This document shows, one piece after another, positions 9,960 to 19,581 of a stretch of 62,821 bases of DNA. The stretch comes from Actinomycetota bacterium (GTDB lineage: Bacteria; Actinomycetota; Actinomycetes; JAKEEW01). Under the pieces are notes generated by a model. The model was not told the origin of the DNA and did no database searches. It saw only the letters and a program-made list of their open reading frames with translations. Each line of letters opens with the position of its first letter. Positions within the stretch are counted from its first letter, which is position 1. The stretch covers positions 1 to 62,821 of the forward strand of contig JBKOZJ010000015.1 of the NCBI GenBank assembly GCA_046725875.1. The letters are read 5' to 3'. A program made the translations under genes and the position numbers.

Positions 9960-10423
9960 GTGCTGGATACCGTCTTCGGTCTTCCGACCCACACCATCCT
10001 GGTGCACGCCGTTGTTGTGCTCGTCCCGGTGGCGGCACTGGCCACGATCGCCGTCGCCATGTACCCGCGCTGGCGGACCCGGTTTGCCGGCTGGCTGGTC
10101 CTCGTTAATGCGGCGACCGTCGTTCTGACGTGGATCACCCGGGAGGCCGGTAAGAAGCTCTTCGAGCGGCTGGACCGGGTCGGGGGGCCGAGGTCGCCGA
10201 GCACCATCGCGCGCTCGGCCTGCAGCTGGTCTGGTTCGTGCTCGTGCCGTTCGCGCTGAGCGTCTTGACGTGGCTCGTCTCGCGACGCAGAGTAACCGGT
10301 CCAGCCTCGGCCGTCGTCGCACTCCTGACGGCAGTCGCGGCCGCTGTGGTGGTTTATGAGGTGATCCGCGTCGGCCACTCCGGCACCGAGGCCGTCTGGC
10401 GCGACTTCGTGAAAAACACCTAA
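9960..10423 (+). pseudogene. DUF2231-like membrane protein split by a 1-nt frameshift in a G6 tract (10182-10187)
   Basis: GLPTHTILVHAVVVLVP in one frame; EVAEHHRALG...RVGHSGTEAVW in another. G7 instead of G6 joins them. Confidence 0.75.
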
Positions 10424-10547
10424 GCAAGAGATCGCGGCCAGGGCTGGAGTACGCGCACCGCGACTGCCGTGCTATGCCCGAGCCCGCGACGAGGCAGCGC
10501 TCTGAGCCAGCGGAGGTCAGGGGTGGCTGCAGATGATAGGAGACGGA

Positions 10548-11027
10548 ATGGACTGGGCGGGATGGGCGGTGTTCGGGCTGCTGGCGACCGGGTTGCTCAC
10601 CATCGTCCTGATCGCCGCGCAGCTAGGCGGCCTGACCCGGATGGACCTGCCGCTCATGCTCGGCACGCTGTTCGTTGCGGACCCGGATCGCGCGAGAGTG
10701 GTGGGGTTGTTCATCCATCTTGCGAACGGACAGGTGTTCGCCCTCGTATACGCCGCAGTGTTCGCGGTCCTCGGCTGGAGTGGTGCGTTGCTCGGTGCCG
10801 CCATAGGCCTGTTGCACAGCGGGCTGGCGCTGACGGTGCTTGTCCCGCTGCTGCCCGGCGTGCATCCACGGATGGCGTCGGAGCGTGCGGGTCCAGAGTC
10901 AGTGGGTGCGGTCCTGGAGCCGCCCGGACTGTTCGGCCTCAATTACGGCCGTCAGACGGCGATCGCGGCGGCCGTCGCTCACGTCGGGTACGGAATGCTG
11001 CTCGGGCTCACTCTTGGTCCGTCGTAG
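10548..11027 (+). CDS. Hypothetical 4-TM membrane protein
   Basis: AGGAG SD; hydrophobic helices with intramembrane His residues. Confidence 0.75.
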   Translation: MDWAGWAVFGLLATGLLTIVLIAAQLGGLTRMDLPLMLGTLFVADPDRARVVGLFIHLANGQVFALVYAAVFAVLGWSGALLGAAIGLLHSGLALTVLVPLLPGVHPRMASERAGPESVGAVLEPPGLFGLNYGRQTAIAAAVAHVGYGMLLGLTLGPS

Positions 11028-11218
11028 CTCGTCGCATCTCCTGGACGGCGACCCTGGCAGCGCCGAGGAAACCCGCGATGCTGGCGGAACGGCTGGCGTA
11101 GGCCTGGAGATGGGCACCTCTGCGTGGCGCCCAAGCGAGGGAAGTGGGGGTCGGCCGCACCACCACGCCTGCGGCGCGCTCAACAAAGGGATGTCGACCA
11201 AGGCGCGGGGCAGTGACA

Positions 11219-13162
11219 CTAGTGGCGCTCAGTCTGGCTTCGTGGCGGCCCGGCCTCCCGAAGCGCGAGAGCGGCCTGAAGTAGCGCGGCGTGCGTGAGC
11301 GCCTGCGGATAGTTGCCCAACGGGTCGCCGCTCCCCGGATCCGCCTCCTCGGCGAACAGCCCAACCTCCCCCCCGAACCGGACGAGGCTGCTGAACAACT
11401 CCATGGCCTGGTCGATCCGGCCAAGCCGGGCTAGGGCCTGCACCAGCCAGAACGAGCACGGCAGGAAAGCTCCCTCACGGCCGGCCAACCTGTCCTCGCC
11501 GGGCCGGTACCGGTACACCAAGGGACCGCCAGCGCTGAGGTCATGCCACACCGCCTCCACCGTGCCGACCACGTACGGCGCTTCCGGCTCGTCGAACTCT
11601 AGGATCGGCAGGAGCAGCAACGCCGCATCCAGACCCGCGTCGCCGTAGGCACGCACCAGTGTCGGGCGGTCTGCGTCATGACCATTGGCGAGGATCTCGG
11701 CCCTCAACCGGGTCCGCGCCACCGTCCATCGGGCCCGTCGCCGCTGCGACGTGCGATACGAGTCGGCAAGCGCAAGCGCCCGGTCCAAGGCCAGCCAGCC
11801 CATCAGCTTCGAGTGCACGTAGTGCCGAGGTTCGCCGCGCACCTCCCACACGCCAGCGTCCGGCTCGCGATACCGGCGGGCCACGAGATCCGCGAAGCCG
11901 GCCACCATCCGCCACGTCTCCGCGAAAAGTACATATCCCGCGCGGTCCAACAAGTACGCCGCGTCCACCACCCAGCCGTACACATCCAGCTGGTGCTGCA
12001 GCTTGGCCCCGTTGCCAACCCGCACCGGTTGGCTATGGGCATAGCCGGGCCAGCCGTCGAGCTCCCGCTCGGTCGGCACGGGCTTTCCATCGAGGGTGAG
12101 CACCACCGGTAGACGCGGGCGATCGAGCCGACTGGCGTGCAACAGCCAATAGAGGAACGCCTTCGCCTCTTCGGCCTTGCCCAGGCCGAGGAAGGCGGCG
12201 GTGCCGATGCTGGCGTCTCGGGGCCAGGCGTAGCGGTAGTCCCAGTTCCGGCTGCCGCCGAGCTGCTCGGGCAGCGACGTCGTGGGTGCTGCCACCGGGG
12301 CTCCGGATGGGGAGTACGTCAGGAGCCGCAAGGTGAGCAGGCTGCGCACCACCATGTCGCGCAGTGGACCGTCGTAGTCAATGCCCAGTGACCACTCCCG
12401 CCACCACCGATCGGTCCAGCACAGCGCATCCCAGCCGGTCTCTGCCGACACGTGGACAAGAGGCTCGTGACGGGCGGCGGTGAGCGCTATGGTCAGTGGC
12501 CGCCCGGGCTCGACCGTGATCTCGATCGTCCGACCAGGTTCGACCACGGGTCCCGGAGATGCGTGCAAGGCGAGTGCCAGGTCGCCCCAGGAGCACACGA
12601 CCGCCGCGGAGCGGCGTTCGGTGCGCGGCATCCGCCGTTCTGCTCCGCGGCGCGGGTCGTACCGTAGGCGCACTGTGCCGACGCGGCCGCGGGCCTCGAT
12701 GCGACGGACCAGCAACATCTCAGGGCGAAGCGTGCCGACCTGCCCTACCACCATCCCTTCCACCAGGCACAGGTGGCCACCGCCGGGAACGGACCACACG
12801 GTCTCGGCCACGGTGGAGCCCGGAAGGTAACGTCTCCGGACGACCGCCGCGTCTCGGGTGGGGCCGAGCAGGAAGCAGCCGCGCTCCTCCCCGCCGACTA
12901 GCCTGCCGAACACCGGCTCACCATCGAAGCGGGGCAGACACAGCCAGTCGATCGAACCGGACGGCGCACACAGCGCCGCTGTGCGGGTATCGCCGATCAG
13001 CAGGTAGTCCCCGATCCCAAACTCTCGATCGTCGTCGGGCAACCTTGCCGTCCTTTCCGCATGACCTGCCCAACTGGCTTCTAAGGTGAACCTGCCCGGG
13101 CCGTATCGATCGTGGCTTCTCCGCCAGGCCATCGGTTCAAGGGACTTAGGAGAGCCTTCCAC
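11219..13162 (-). CDS. Glycoside hydrolase family 15 (glucoamylase/trehalase-like)
   Basis: GDYLLIGD..TAAL, AAPTTSLPE..GGSRNWDYRYAWPRD, EGAFLPCSFW, LGNYPQALTH; true start probably downstream of 13162. Confidence 0.92.
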   Translation of the reverse strand: MEGSPKSLEPMAWRRSHDRYGPGRFTLEASWAGHAERTARLPDDDREFGIGDYLLIGDTRTAALCAPSGSIDWLCLPRFDGEPVFGRLVGGEERGCFLLGPTRDAAVVRRRYLPGSTVAETVWSVPGGGHLCLVEGMVVGQVGTLRPEMLLVRRIEARGRVGTVRLRYDPRRGAERRMPRTERRSAAVVCSWGDLALALHASPGPVVEPGRTIEITVEPGRPLTIALTAARHEPLVHVSAETGWDALCWTDRWWREWSLGIDYDGPLRDMVVRSLLTLRLLTYSPSGAPVAAPTTSLPEQLGGSRNWDYRYAWPRDASIGTAAFLGLGKAEEAKAFLYWLLHASRLDRPRLPVVLTLDGKPVPTERELDGWPGYAHSQPVRVGNGAKLQHQLDVYGWVVDAAYLLDRAGYVLFAETWRMVAGFADLVARRYREPDAGVWEVRGEPRHYVHSKLMGWLALDRALALADSYRTSQRRRARWTVARTRLRAEILANGHDADRPTLVRAYGDAGLDAALLLLPILEFDEPEAPYVVGTVEAVWHDLSAGGPLVYRYRPGEDRLAGREGAFLPCSFWLVQALARLGRIDQAMELFSSLVRFGGEVGLFAEEADPGSGDPLGNYPQALTHAALLQAALALREAGPPRSQTERH

Positions 13163-13174
13163 ATCGCACGCATG

Positions 13175-13726
13175 CTATTGGCCGATACGCCCGTCAATGC
13201 GCTCGCGGAGGAGATCGGCGTGCCCGTTATGGCGGGCGTACTCCTCGATCATGTGCACGAGCAGCTCGCGCAGCGAGATTGGTTCACCCTCGGAGTCACG
13301 GCCGAGGAAGCCGAGGTCGTGGTCGCGCGTGAACTGCTCAGCGAAGGCGATCTCCTCGCGCCACGCCAGCCACGCCTCCTCGACGACAGCAGGGTCGGCG
13401 ACTGCCCCATTGAAGTCGGCGTCGGGGTCGGCGTCGGTTTGGTAGCGCTTCGGTAGATCGAGCCCGGCGAACCTGCGGCGGAACCAGCCGCGTTCCACCT
13501 CGGCCAGGTGCCGGACCAGGCCGAGCAGTGACATCGTGGACGGTTCCACGGCGCGGCGGGCCAGTTGCTCGGCATCGAGCCCATCGCATTTCAGCTGCAG
13601 CGTCAGCCGCTGGCCGCGCAGAAACTCGTTCAGCGTCGTCCGCTCATCCGCCAGCCGCGGGCCGCCTTCACGCGGGTCGGCGCCAGGATCGAGGAACCTG
13701 TCCGCCCGGTGTTGTGGCGTGGTCAC
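13175..13726 (-). CDS. DinB/DUF664 family protein
   Basis: SLLGLVRHLAEVERGWF and HMIEEYARHNGHADLLRERIDG. Confidence 0.9.
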   Translation of the reverse strand: MTTPQHRADRFLDPGADPREGGPRLADERTTLNEFLRGQRLTLQLKCDGLDAEQLARRAVEPSTMSLLGLVRHLAEVERGWFRRRFAGLDLPKRYQTDADPDADFNGAVADPAVVEEAWLAWREEIAFAEQFTRDHDLGFLGRDSEGEPISLRELLVHMIEEYARHNGHADLLRERIDGRIGQ

Positions 13727-13963
13727 GCCGACCGAGACTACTCGGACAGCCGGCGTGGACCCGGCTGCACGTGAGCAGGGCCTCGAGGACCGCTCCTACC
13801 CGTGCCCGCGGTGCGTTGGGTTGGCCGAGAGGGTCGTGGCCAGCCGGGCGGTCAACGCAGCGTTAGAGCAGGAGGAGGCCGCTGACCACGGCGCACCGAC
13901 TCGTCGACGTCACCCCGGGTAGGACGGGCCGGCAATTAGGGTCTGTGCGGCTTCGGGAGGCGC

Positions 13964-15034
13964 TCAGTCGCCCTCGCGGCGTTCGCGGGTGCGGAGCAAT
14001 CGGCGGAGTGAGGCAAGTCGGGCCGGATCTGCATGCCCATCCGCAACCCACTGGTCAAGCGCGCAGTCGGGCTCTTCGTGTGAGCAGCCCCGAGGGCAGT
14101 TTGCAGTGCCTTCCTCGAGGTCGGGAAACGCGTGGATCACGCGACGCAGGTCGACGTGCGCCAGCCCGAAGCTGCGAACACCGGGTGTGTCGATCACCCA
14201 ACCCCACGGGCCCCATGGCGTTTCTGCGCGGGCAGTGCGGGCCGAGGCGTCTGGCGAGTCCGCCGAATCCGTGGGTGGCAGGGCGAGCGCGACGGCCGAC
14301 GCCGATGTGTGGCGGCCGCGGCCGGTCACCGGATTTACCTCGGCGGTTTGGCGGCGGGCGTCCGGCACGAGCGCGTTGACGAGAGTGGACTTACCGACGC
14401 CCGAATGCCCGACAAGCACGCTGACCCGTCCGGCGAGCCGTTCGCCCAGCGGCTGTAGATCGCCGCCGCGCATCGTCACCACAAAGGGCACACCAAGCGG
14501 CGCGTAGATCGCCAGCAGCGGCTCCGGCGGCGCAAGGTCGGCCTTGGTGAGGCCGAGCAGCGGATCGAGGCCGGCGTCGTAAGCGGCGACCAGGCAGCGG
14601 TCGACCAGCCGCGGCCGCGGCTCGGGATTGGCGAGTGAGGTGACGATGACCATCTGATCCGCGTTGGCGACTATGACTCGCTCGACCGGGTCAGTGTCGT
14701 CGGCCGTCCGCCGCAGCACCGACCACCTCTGCTCGACCCGTACGATCCGCGCCAGCGCATCTGGCCCGCCCGACAGATCACCGACGATGGCCACCCGATC
14801 GCCGACGACGACACCCTTGCGCCCCAGCTCGCGTGCCTTTATCGCGTACACCCGAATGTCGCCGACCAGGCAGGTGTGGCGCCCGCGGTCGACGGCAAGC
14901 ACCATGCCTTCGGCGGCGCTCTCGTGCTTCGGCCGGATTCGAGTGCGTGGCCGGGAGCCGCGTCTCCCTGGGCGGACCCGGACGTCGTCCTCGTCGAGTT
15001 GCCGGGCGGAGCTCCGGCGGTCGGGCGGGGTCAG
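13964..15034 (-). CDS. rsgA: Ribosome small subunit-dependent GTPase A
   Basis: VANAD, TKAD, GHSGVGKS, GRGRHT, DTPGVR, CPRGCSH..C zinc site. Start proposed at CTG 15034; first canonical start is ATG 14905. Confidence 0.92.
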   Translation of the reverse strand: MTPPDRRSSARQLDEDDVRVRPGRRGSRPRTRIRPKHESAAEGMVLAVDRGRHTCLVGDIRVYAIKARELGRKGVVVGDRVAIVGDLSGGPDALARIVRVEQRWSVLRRTADDTDPVERVIVANADQMVIVTSLANPEPRPRLVDRCLVAAYDAGLDPLLGLTKADLAPPEPLLAIYAPLGVPFVVTMRGGDLQPLGERLAGRVSVLVGHSGVGKSTLVNALVPDARRQTAEVNPVTGRGRHTSASAVALALPPTDSADSPDASARTARAETPWGPWGWVIDTPGVRSFGLAHVDLRRVIHAFPDLEEGTANCPRGCSHEEPDCALDQWVADGHADPARLASLRRLLRTRERREGD

Positions 15035-16323
15035 CCGGATCTCCCGAGCATCGACAACCAGCGGGTGGTGAAGTCTGGCATGGTCTTCGCGGTCGTGGCG
15101 ACGTTCTCGATCTCGATTCCTGGTACGGCCAGGCCGAGGACGGCAGCCGCGGTGGCCATTCGATGGTCGTCGTAGGTCCGGAAGATCCCACCGTGAAGCG
15201 CCCGCGGCCGGATCACCAGCCCGTCCGGCAACTCGGTGACGTCACCGCCGACCGCGGTCAGCTCGGTGGCGAGACAGGCGATCCGGTCGGCCTCGTGGCC
15301 TCGTACATGCGCAACGCCGGTGAGTCGCGATGGCGTACGGGCAAGCGCCGCGAGCGCCGCGACCACCGTGAGCAGCTCGCTCGCGTCGGAGAGGTCTGCG
15401 GCTATCCCGTCGAGGCGGACACCCTCGACCATGAGTCCGGCGCCGGTGCGAGTTACCCGGGCGCCCATCGCGGCGAGGATGCCGCGCAGTCCGTCGCCCG
15501 GCTGGCGGGTGCACGTCGGCCAGTCCGGCACCGTGACGCGGCCGCCGGTCAGTAGGGCGGCGGCGAGGAAGGGCGCGGCGTTGGACAGGTCGGGCTCAAT
15601 ATTGACGACGCGTCCGGAAATCGGGCCCGGCGCCACTCTCCAGGCATCCGGATCTCGATCGTCCACCTCGACACCGACGGCCCCGAGCTCGTTAACCGTC
15701 ATCGCGATGTGCGGGAGCGACGGCAGCGGCGGACCGGCGTGGTGTACTTCGACCCCCTTCTCCCACCGCGGGCCGGTCAGCAGAAGGCCGGACACGAATT
15801 GCGAGGACGCCGACGCGTCTATGGTCACGGCACCGCCCCTGGCGCCGTTCCCGTAGACGGTGAACGGGAGGGATGCGTGCCCGCCGTCGTCCACCCGCGC
15901 GCCGAGCGTGCGCAGCGATTCGATCGTTGTATGTATAGGGCGCTCGCGCGCCCGCGGATCGCCGTCGAAGGTGACGGGTATCGCGCCGAGAGTGGCGACC
16001 GGCGGCACGAACCGCATCACGGTGCCGGCCAGTCCGCAATCGATTCGTATCGGTGTTTCTTCCGCTGGGAAGCGCGGGCTTTGCGAGGCGGGGATCGGCG
16101 TCACTTGCCAGGAGCCGCGGTCATCGGTGATGCCGGCGCCGAGTGCGCGCAGGGCCGCAGCCATAAGCCGCGTGTCTCTGGCCCGCAGGGGATTCCGGAG
16201 CACGGATGGGCCGCTGGCAAGCGCCGCGAGTACGAGCGCTCGGTTTGTTTGCGACTTCGACGGTGGCAGGTCAACGGTGGCCTTGATCGGCCCGTCCGCC
16301 GTCGGCGCTGCCCATGTCCCCAC
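15031..16323 (-). CDS. aroA: 3-phosphoshikimate 1-carboxyvinyltransferase (EPSP synthase)
   Basis: SKSQTNRAL, DCGLAGTVMRF, SSQFVSGLL, DHRMA. Confidence 0.96.
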   Translation of the reverse strand: MGTWAAPTADGPIKATVDLPPSKSQTNRALVLAALASGPSVLRNPLRARDTRLMAAALRALGAGITDDRGSWQVTPIPASQSPRFPAEETPIRIDCGLAGTVMRFVPPVATLGAIPVTFDGDPRARERPIHTTIESLRTLGARVDDGGHASLPFTVYGNGARGGAVTIDASASSQFVSGLLLTGPRWEKGVEVHHAGPPLPSLPHIAMTVNELGAVGVEVDDRDPDAWRVAPGPISGRVVNIEPDLSNAAPFLAAALLTGGRVTVPDWPTCTRQPGDGLRGILAAMGARVTRTGAGLMVEGVRLDGIAADLSDASELLTVVAALAALARTPSRLTGVAHVRGHEADRIACLATELTAVGGDVTELPDGLVIRPRALHGGIFRTYDDHRMATAAAVLGLAVPGIEIENVATTAKTMPDFTTRWLSMLGRSG

Positions 16324-16579
16324 CCGGCAAAGCTATCTGTTTGGGGCGCCGCAAGGCGAAAGGCAGCGAGCGCCCGGTCGCGGGCGGCCACGCCAAGATC
16401 GATGAGCTGCCTCAGCCTGATCGTGGAGCCGGAGACCGCATCGGTGGGCAGAAGGCTGCCATCGCGGAACTGTCGTGTCCGTCATTGCGACACGTCTTTG
16501 CGACAAGGATCATGGGCGACGATGTGTCGCCGCGAGGACGCACACTCGTTGCGTCAACGTACTGGCCCTGGAGGAGCTC

Positions 16580-17008
16580 GTGCCCGATCTCCCCGAGTCG
16601 GTAGCCCGGTCGCGTTTCGCCGCGGCTTCGGTGGCCCGCCTCGCGACCGTTGACGAGCAGGGCAGGCCGCATCTGGTCCCGATCGCCTTCGTGGTGGACC
16701 GCGACCGTATCTATACGGCCGTTGATCGCAAGCCCAAGACCACCCGTAACCTCCAGCGCCTCGCCAACATCCGGGCCAACCCATACGTGGCGGTACTGGT
16801 CGACCATTATGAGGACGACTGGATGCAGCTGTGGTGGGTCCGCGCCGACGGGCGGGCCAGCATCATCGACTCCATCCCGGAAATGACGGGACCGCTGGGA
16901 CTGCTTGCGCAGCGGTATCGGCAATATGGAGAGCAGACGCCGGAAGGCCCGGTCATTCGCGTCGATGTCGACCGCTGGCGCGGCTGGGCCTATGCGGTCA
17001 CGGAGTGA
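16580..17008 (+). CDS. PPOX-class F420-dependent oxidoreductase (Rv0121-like)
   Basis: ARLATV....PHLVP, TAVDRKPK, LVDHYEDDW..LWWVRADG; GGAGG SD. Confidence 0.85.
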   Translation: MPDLPESVARSRFAAASVARLATVDEQGRPHLVPIAFVVDRDRIYTAVDRKPKTTRNLQRLANIRANPYVAVLVDHYEDDWMQLWWVRADGRASIIDSIPEMTGPLGLLAQRYRQYGEQTPEGPVIRVDVDRWRGWAYAVTE

Positions 17009-18299
17009 GGCGGTGGAGGTCACGAGGGAAGAGGGTGACCTCACGGATGTTCGCGGCACCGACGAGGCGAGCGACCCAGCGCTCGAGACCAATAGCGAAG
17101 CCGCCGTGCGGCGGCATGCCGTGCCGGAAGGCTGCAAGATACCCCTCGTACGGTTCCGGTGGCTGAGTTGATGCGGCGAGCGCGGCGAGGTAGTCCTCGT
17201 AGCGATGCAGCCGTTGCCCACCGGTGACCAGCTCAAGGCCGCGGAACAGGACGTCGAAGGAGTTGGAGTACTGCGGACGAGCCGGGTCAGGGTGGGTATA
17301 GAACGGTCGCTTCACCATCGGATAGCCGATCACGGCGAGGAACTCCGAGCCATGCTCCTTCAGACCCCAGTCGGATAGCCATCGCTCGTGCGGCGGCGCG
17401 AGATCGGGCTCGGCAGAAAGGTCCACGCCCAGGTCCTTTCCGATCATCTCTAGAGCGTCCGCGAAGTGGACGGTTGGGATGGAGTCGGGGACTGCCGGCA
17501 CGGCGGCGTTGAGCAACCCGATCTGCCGCACGCACCGATGTGCGATCTCCTCGACCATTCCGCTGATCGCGTCGCGCACAACAGCCAGGACATCGAGGTG
17601 GTCGTCGATGAAGCCGAACTCGACGTCCAGGGATGTGTACTGCGCGAGGTGCCGGGCCGTATCGTGCGGCTCCGCTCGGAAGACCGGCCCGACCTCGTAG
17701 ACCCGCTCGAACACTCCGACCAGCATCTGTTTGTAGAGCTGCGGGCTCTGCGCGAGATACGCCTGCTCTCCGAAGTAGTCCATGGGGAAGACGTTTGCGC
17801 CGCTCTCTGTGGCAAACGCCACGACTTTCGGTGTGTGTACGGCGACGAACCCCTTAGTTTCAAGCGCCGCCCGGAAGCCAGCCACCGAGGCCGCGGCAAG
17901 CAAAGGTGGCGCGGCCAGCCGCTGGTGGCGCAGCGCGACGGCCGCGTTGTCGAGGATCGTCGGCAGCGAAGCGGAGACCGCCGGACGGTAGAGGTCGAAC
18001 GGCGGTGGCTCGGCAAGGGAGGACAGCACTTCGATCTCCGGGTCGACGACCTCTACCCCACCCGGTGCCGCCGGGCTGGTGACCGCCGTTCCGGTTACCC
18101 GGACCGCGGTCTCCTCGCCGATCTCGGCGAGCCGGGCGCGCGCCGCGTCCTCCCGTACGACGACCTGGGCGAGGCCGGTGCGGTCGCGCACGATCAGGAA
18201 CGAGACGGCGGCAAGCTGGCGTCGGCGGTGGACCCAGCCGGCGAGCGTGACGTGCCGGCCCGCGGCGGCTGGCAGCTCGATCGACAAGATCCGTTGCAT
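16998..18299 (-). CDS. aspS: Non-discriminating (archaeal-type) aspartate--tRNA(Asn) ligase
   Basis: ~433 aa; YLAQSPQLYKQ, FRAEPHDTARHL, GMPPHGGFAIGLER; lacks the bacterial GAD insertion. Confidence 0.9.
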   Translation of the reverse strand: MQRILSIELPAAAGRHVTLAGWVHRRRQLAAVSFLIVRDRTGLAQVVVREDAARARLAEIGEETAVRVTGTAVTSPAAPGGVEVVDPEIEVLSSLAEPPPFDLYRPAVSASLPTILDNAAVALRHQRLAAPPLLAAASVAGFRAALETKGFVAVHTPKVVAFATESGANVFPMDYFGEQAYLAQSPQLYKQMLVGVFERVYEVGPVFRAEPHDTARHLAQYTSLDVEFGFIDDHLDVLAVVRDAISGMVEEIAHRCVRQIGLLNAAVPAVPDSIPTVHFADALEMIGKDLGVDLSAEPDLAPPHERWLSDWGLKEHGSEFLAVIGYPMVKRPFYTHPDPARPQYSNSFDVLFRGLELVTGGQRLHRYEDYLAALAASTQPPEPYEGYLAAFRHGMPPHGGFAIGLERWVARLVGAANIREVTLFPRDLHRLTP

Positions 18300-18346
18300 G
18301 CCCGATGACGATAACCGACGCCCCATGGCCCCACCGAGTCGATCAC

Positions 18347-18444
18347 CGTTCGATTCGCATGAACGGCACCTTCACTCCATAGGTTTGAGCGAACGTGCCG
18401 TTCATCTCCCGCCGGATCGAGTCAACGTGCCGTTCACTCGAACG
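18347..18444. repeat. Nested inverted/direct repeat in the aspS-SRAP divergent spacer
   Basis: ATGAACGGCAC (18359-69) pairs with GTGCCGTTCAT (18395-405); AACGTGCCGTTCA repeated at 18392 and 18424. Confidence 0.7.
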
Positions 18445-18533
18445 ACCGTCTTCGTCGCGGTAGGCGGCAAGCGGTGAGGCGCCGGCGTCGTTCGAGAGCC
18501 TGTTTCGTGGGTGGCGCGTGGAAGGCTGGTCGT

Positions 18534-19304
18534 ATGTGCGGACGATACTCATCGGCGCGTGACCCGGGTGACCTGGTCGACGAGTTCGAGGTCGAGCAGG
18601 TGCCTGACGACTTCGAGCCGGTCGGCGCAAATTACAACGTCGCGCCGACCAACCCGGTCTATGCGGTGGTCGAGCGGCTGCCCCGCGGTGACGACGGCAA
18701 GGTGCTCGAGCGGGCCGAGGGCGTGCGGCAGCTGCGCGTGGTCACCTGGGGACTCGTCCCCTCATGGGCGAAGGACCCGAAGACCGGTTACAAGATGATC
18801 AACGCACGCGTTGAGTCGGTGGCGGAGAAGCCGGCGTTTCGGCGCGCGTTCGCGTCGCGCCGGTGCCTGGTCCCGGCCGATGGCTATTACGAGTGGTTTG
18901 GCGAGAAGGGCCGCAAGCAGCCCTATTTCATTCGGCCGCAAGACGGCTCCGTGCTGGCGATGGCGGGTCTGTACGAGTTTTGGCGGGACGACAGCCGCCC
19001 TAAAGATGACGCGCTCGCCTGGCTTGTTACGTGCGCGATCATCACGACCACCGCCGAGGACGAGCTCGGTCACATCCATGACCGAATGCCGATGTTCGTC
19101 GAGCGGGAGCGCTATGACGCGTGGCTCGATCCCAACCTCAGCGATCCCGACAAGCTGCGCAAGCTTCTCGTACCCGCTTCGCCTGGCCGGCTTGCGGCGT
19201 ACCCAGTGTCGACGCTGGTCAATGACGTCGCCAACAACGGCCCGGAGCTTCTGGAGCGCGTACCGGACGAGCAGGTGATCGCTAAGGACGCACCGCTCTT
19301 CTGA
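18534..19304 (+). CDS. SOS response-associated peptidase (SRAP/HMCES)
   Basis: MCGRY N-terminus, NYNVAPT, WGLVPSW, INARVE, IHDRMP. Confidence 0.95.
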   Translation: MCGRYSSARDPGDLVDEFEVEQVPDDFEPVGANYNVAPTNPVYAVVERLPRGDDGKVLERAEGVRQLRVVTWGLVPSWAKDPKTGYKMINARVESVAEKPAFRRAFASRRCLVPADGYYEWFGEKGRKQPYFIRPQDGSVLAMAGLYEFWRDDSRPKDDALAWLVTCAIITTTAEDELGHIHDRMPMFVERERYDAWLDPNLSDPDKLRKLLVPASPGRLAAYPVSTLVNDVANNGPELLERVPDEQVIAKDAPLF

Positions 19305-19385
19305 TTCGTTGCTCACTTCCGTTGGGTGAGATGCTCGTGGCGCTTTCTGCCGCGGACAGCCGCGTCCCCCGCCTCAGGCAGGGAA

Positions 19386-19528
19386 AACGGTGGACCGTAA
19401 CGCAGAAAATCCGGGCAGATCCGGCGGTTCGATGGACTGTGGGAGCGAGAAATCGGGCCTGTCGGTCCAGCCCGTGGTCCAACGATCTTCGAGGACGCTG
19501 ATCGGTTTCGCTCTCACGGTCCACCGTT
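19386..19528. repeat. REP/MITE-like element with perfect 13-bp terminal inverted repeats
   Basis: AACGGTGGACCGT (19386-98) and ACGGTCCACCGTT (19516-28). Confidence 0.65.
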
Positions 19529-19581
19529 CGAGTAGGAAGCCTTGTCTCGGCGTCGGGGGCACCCCGTGGCAGGCTGCCCGG

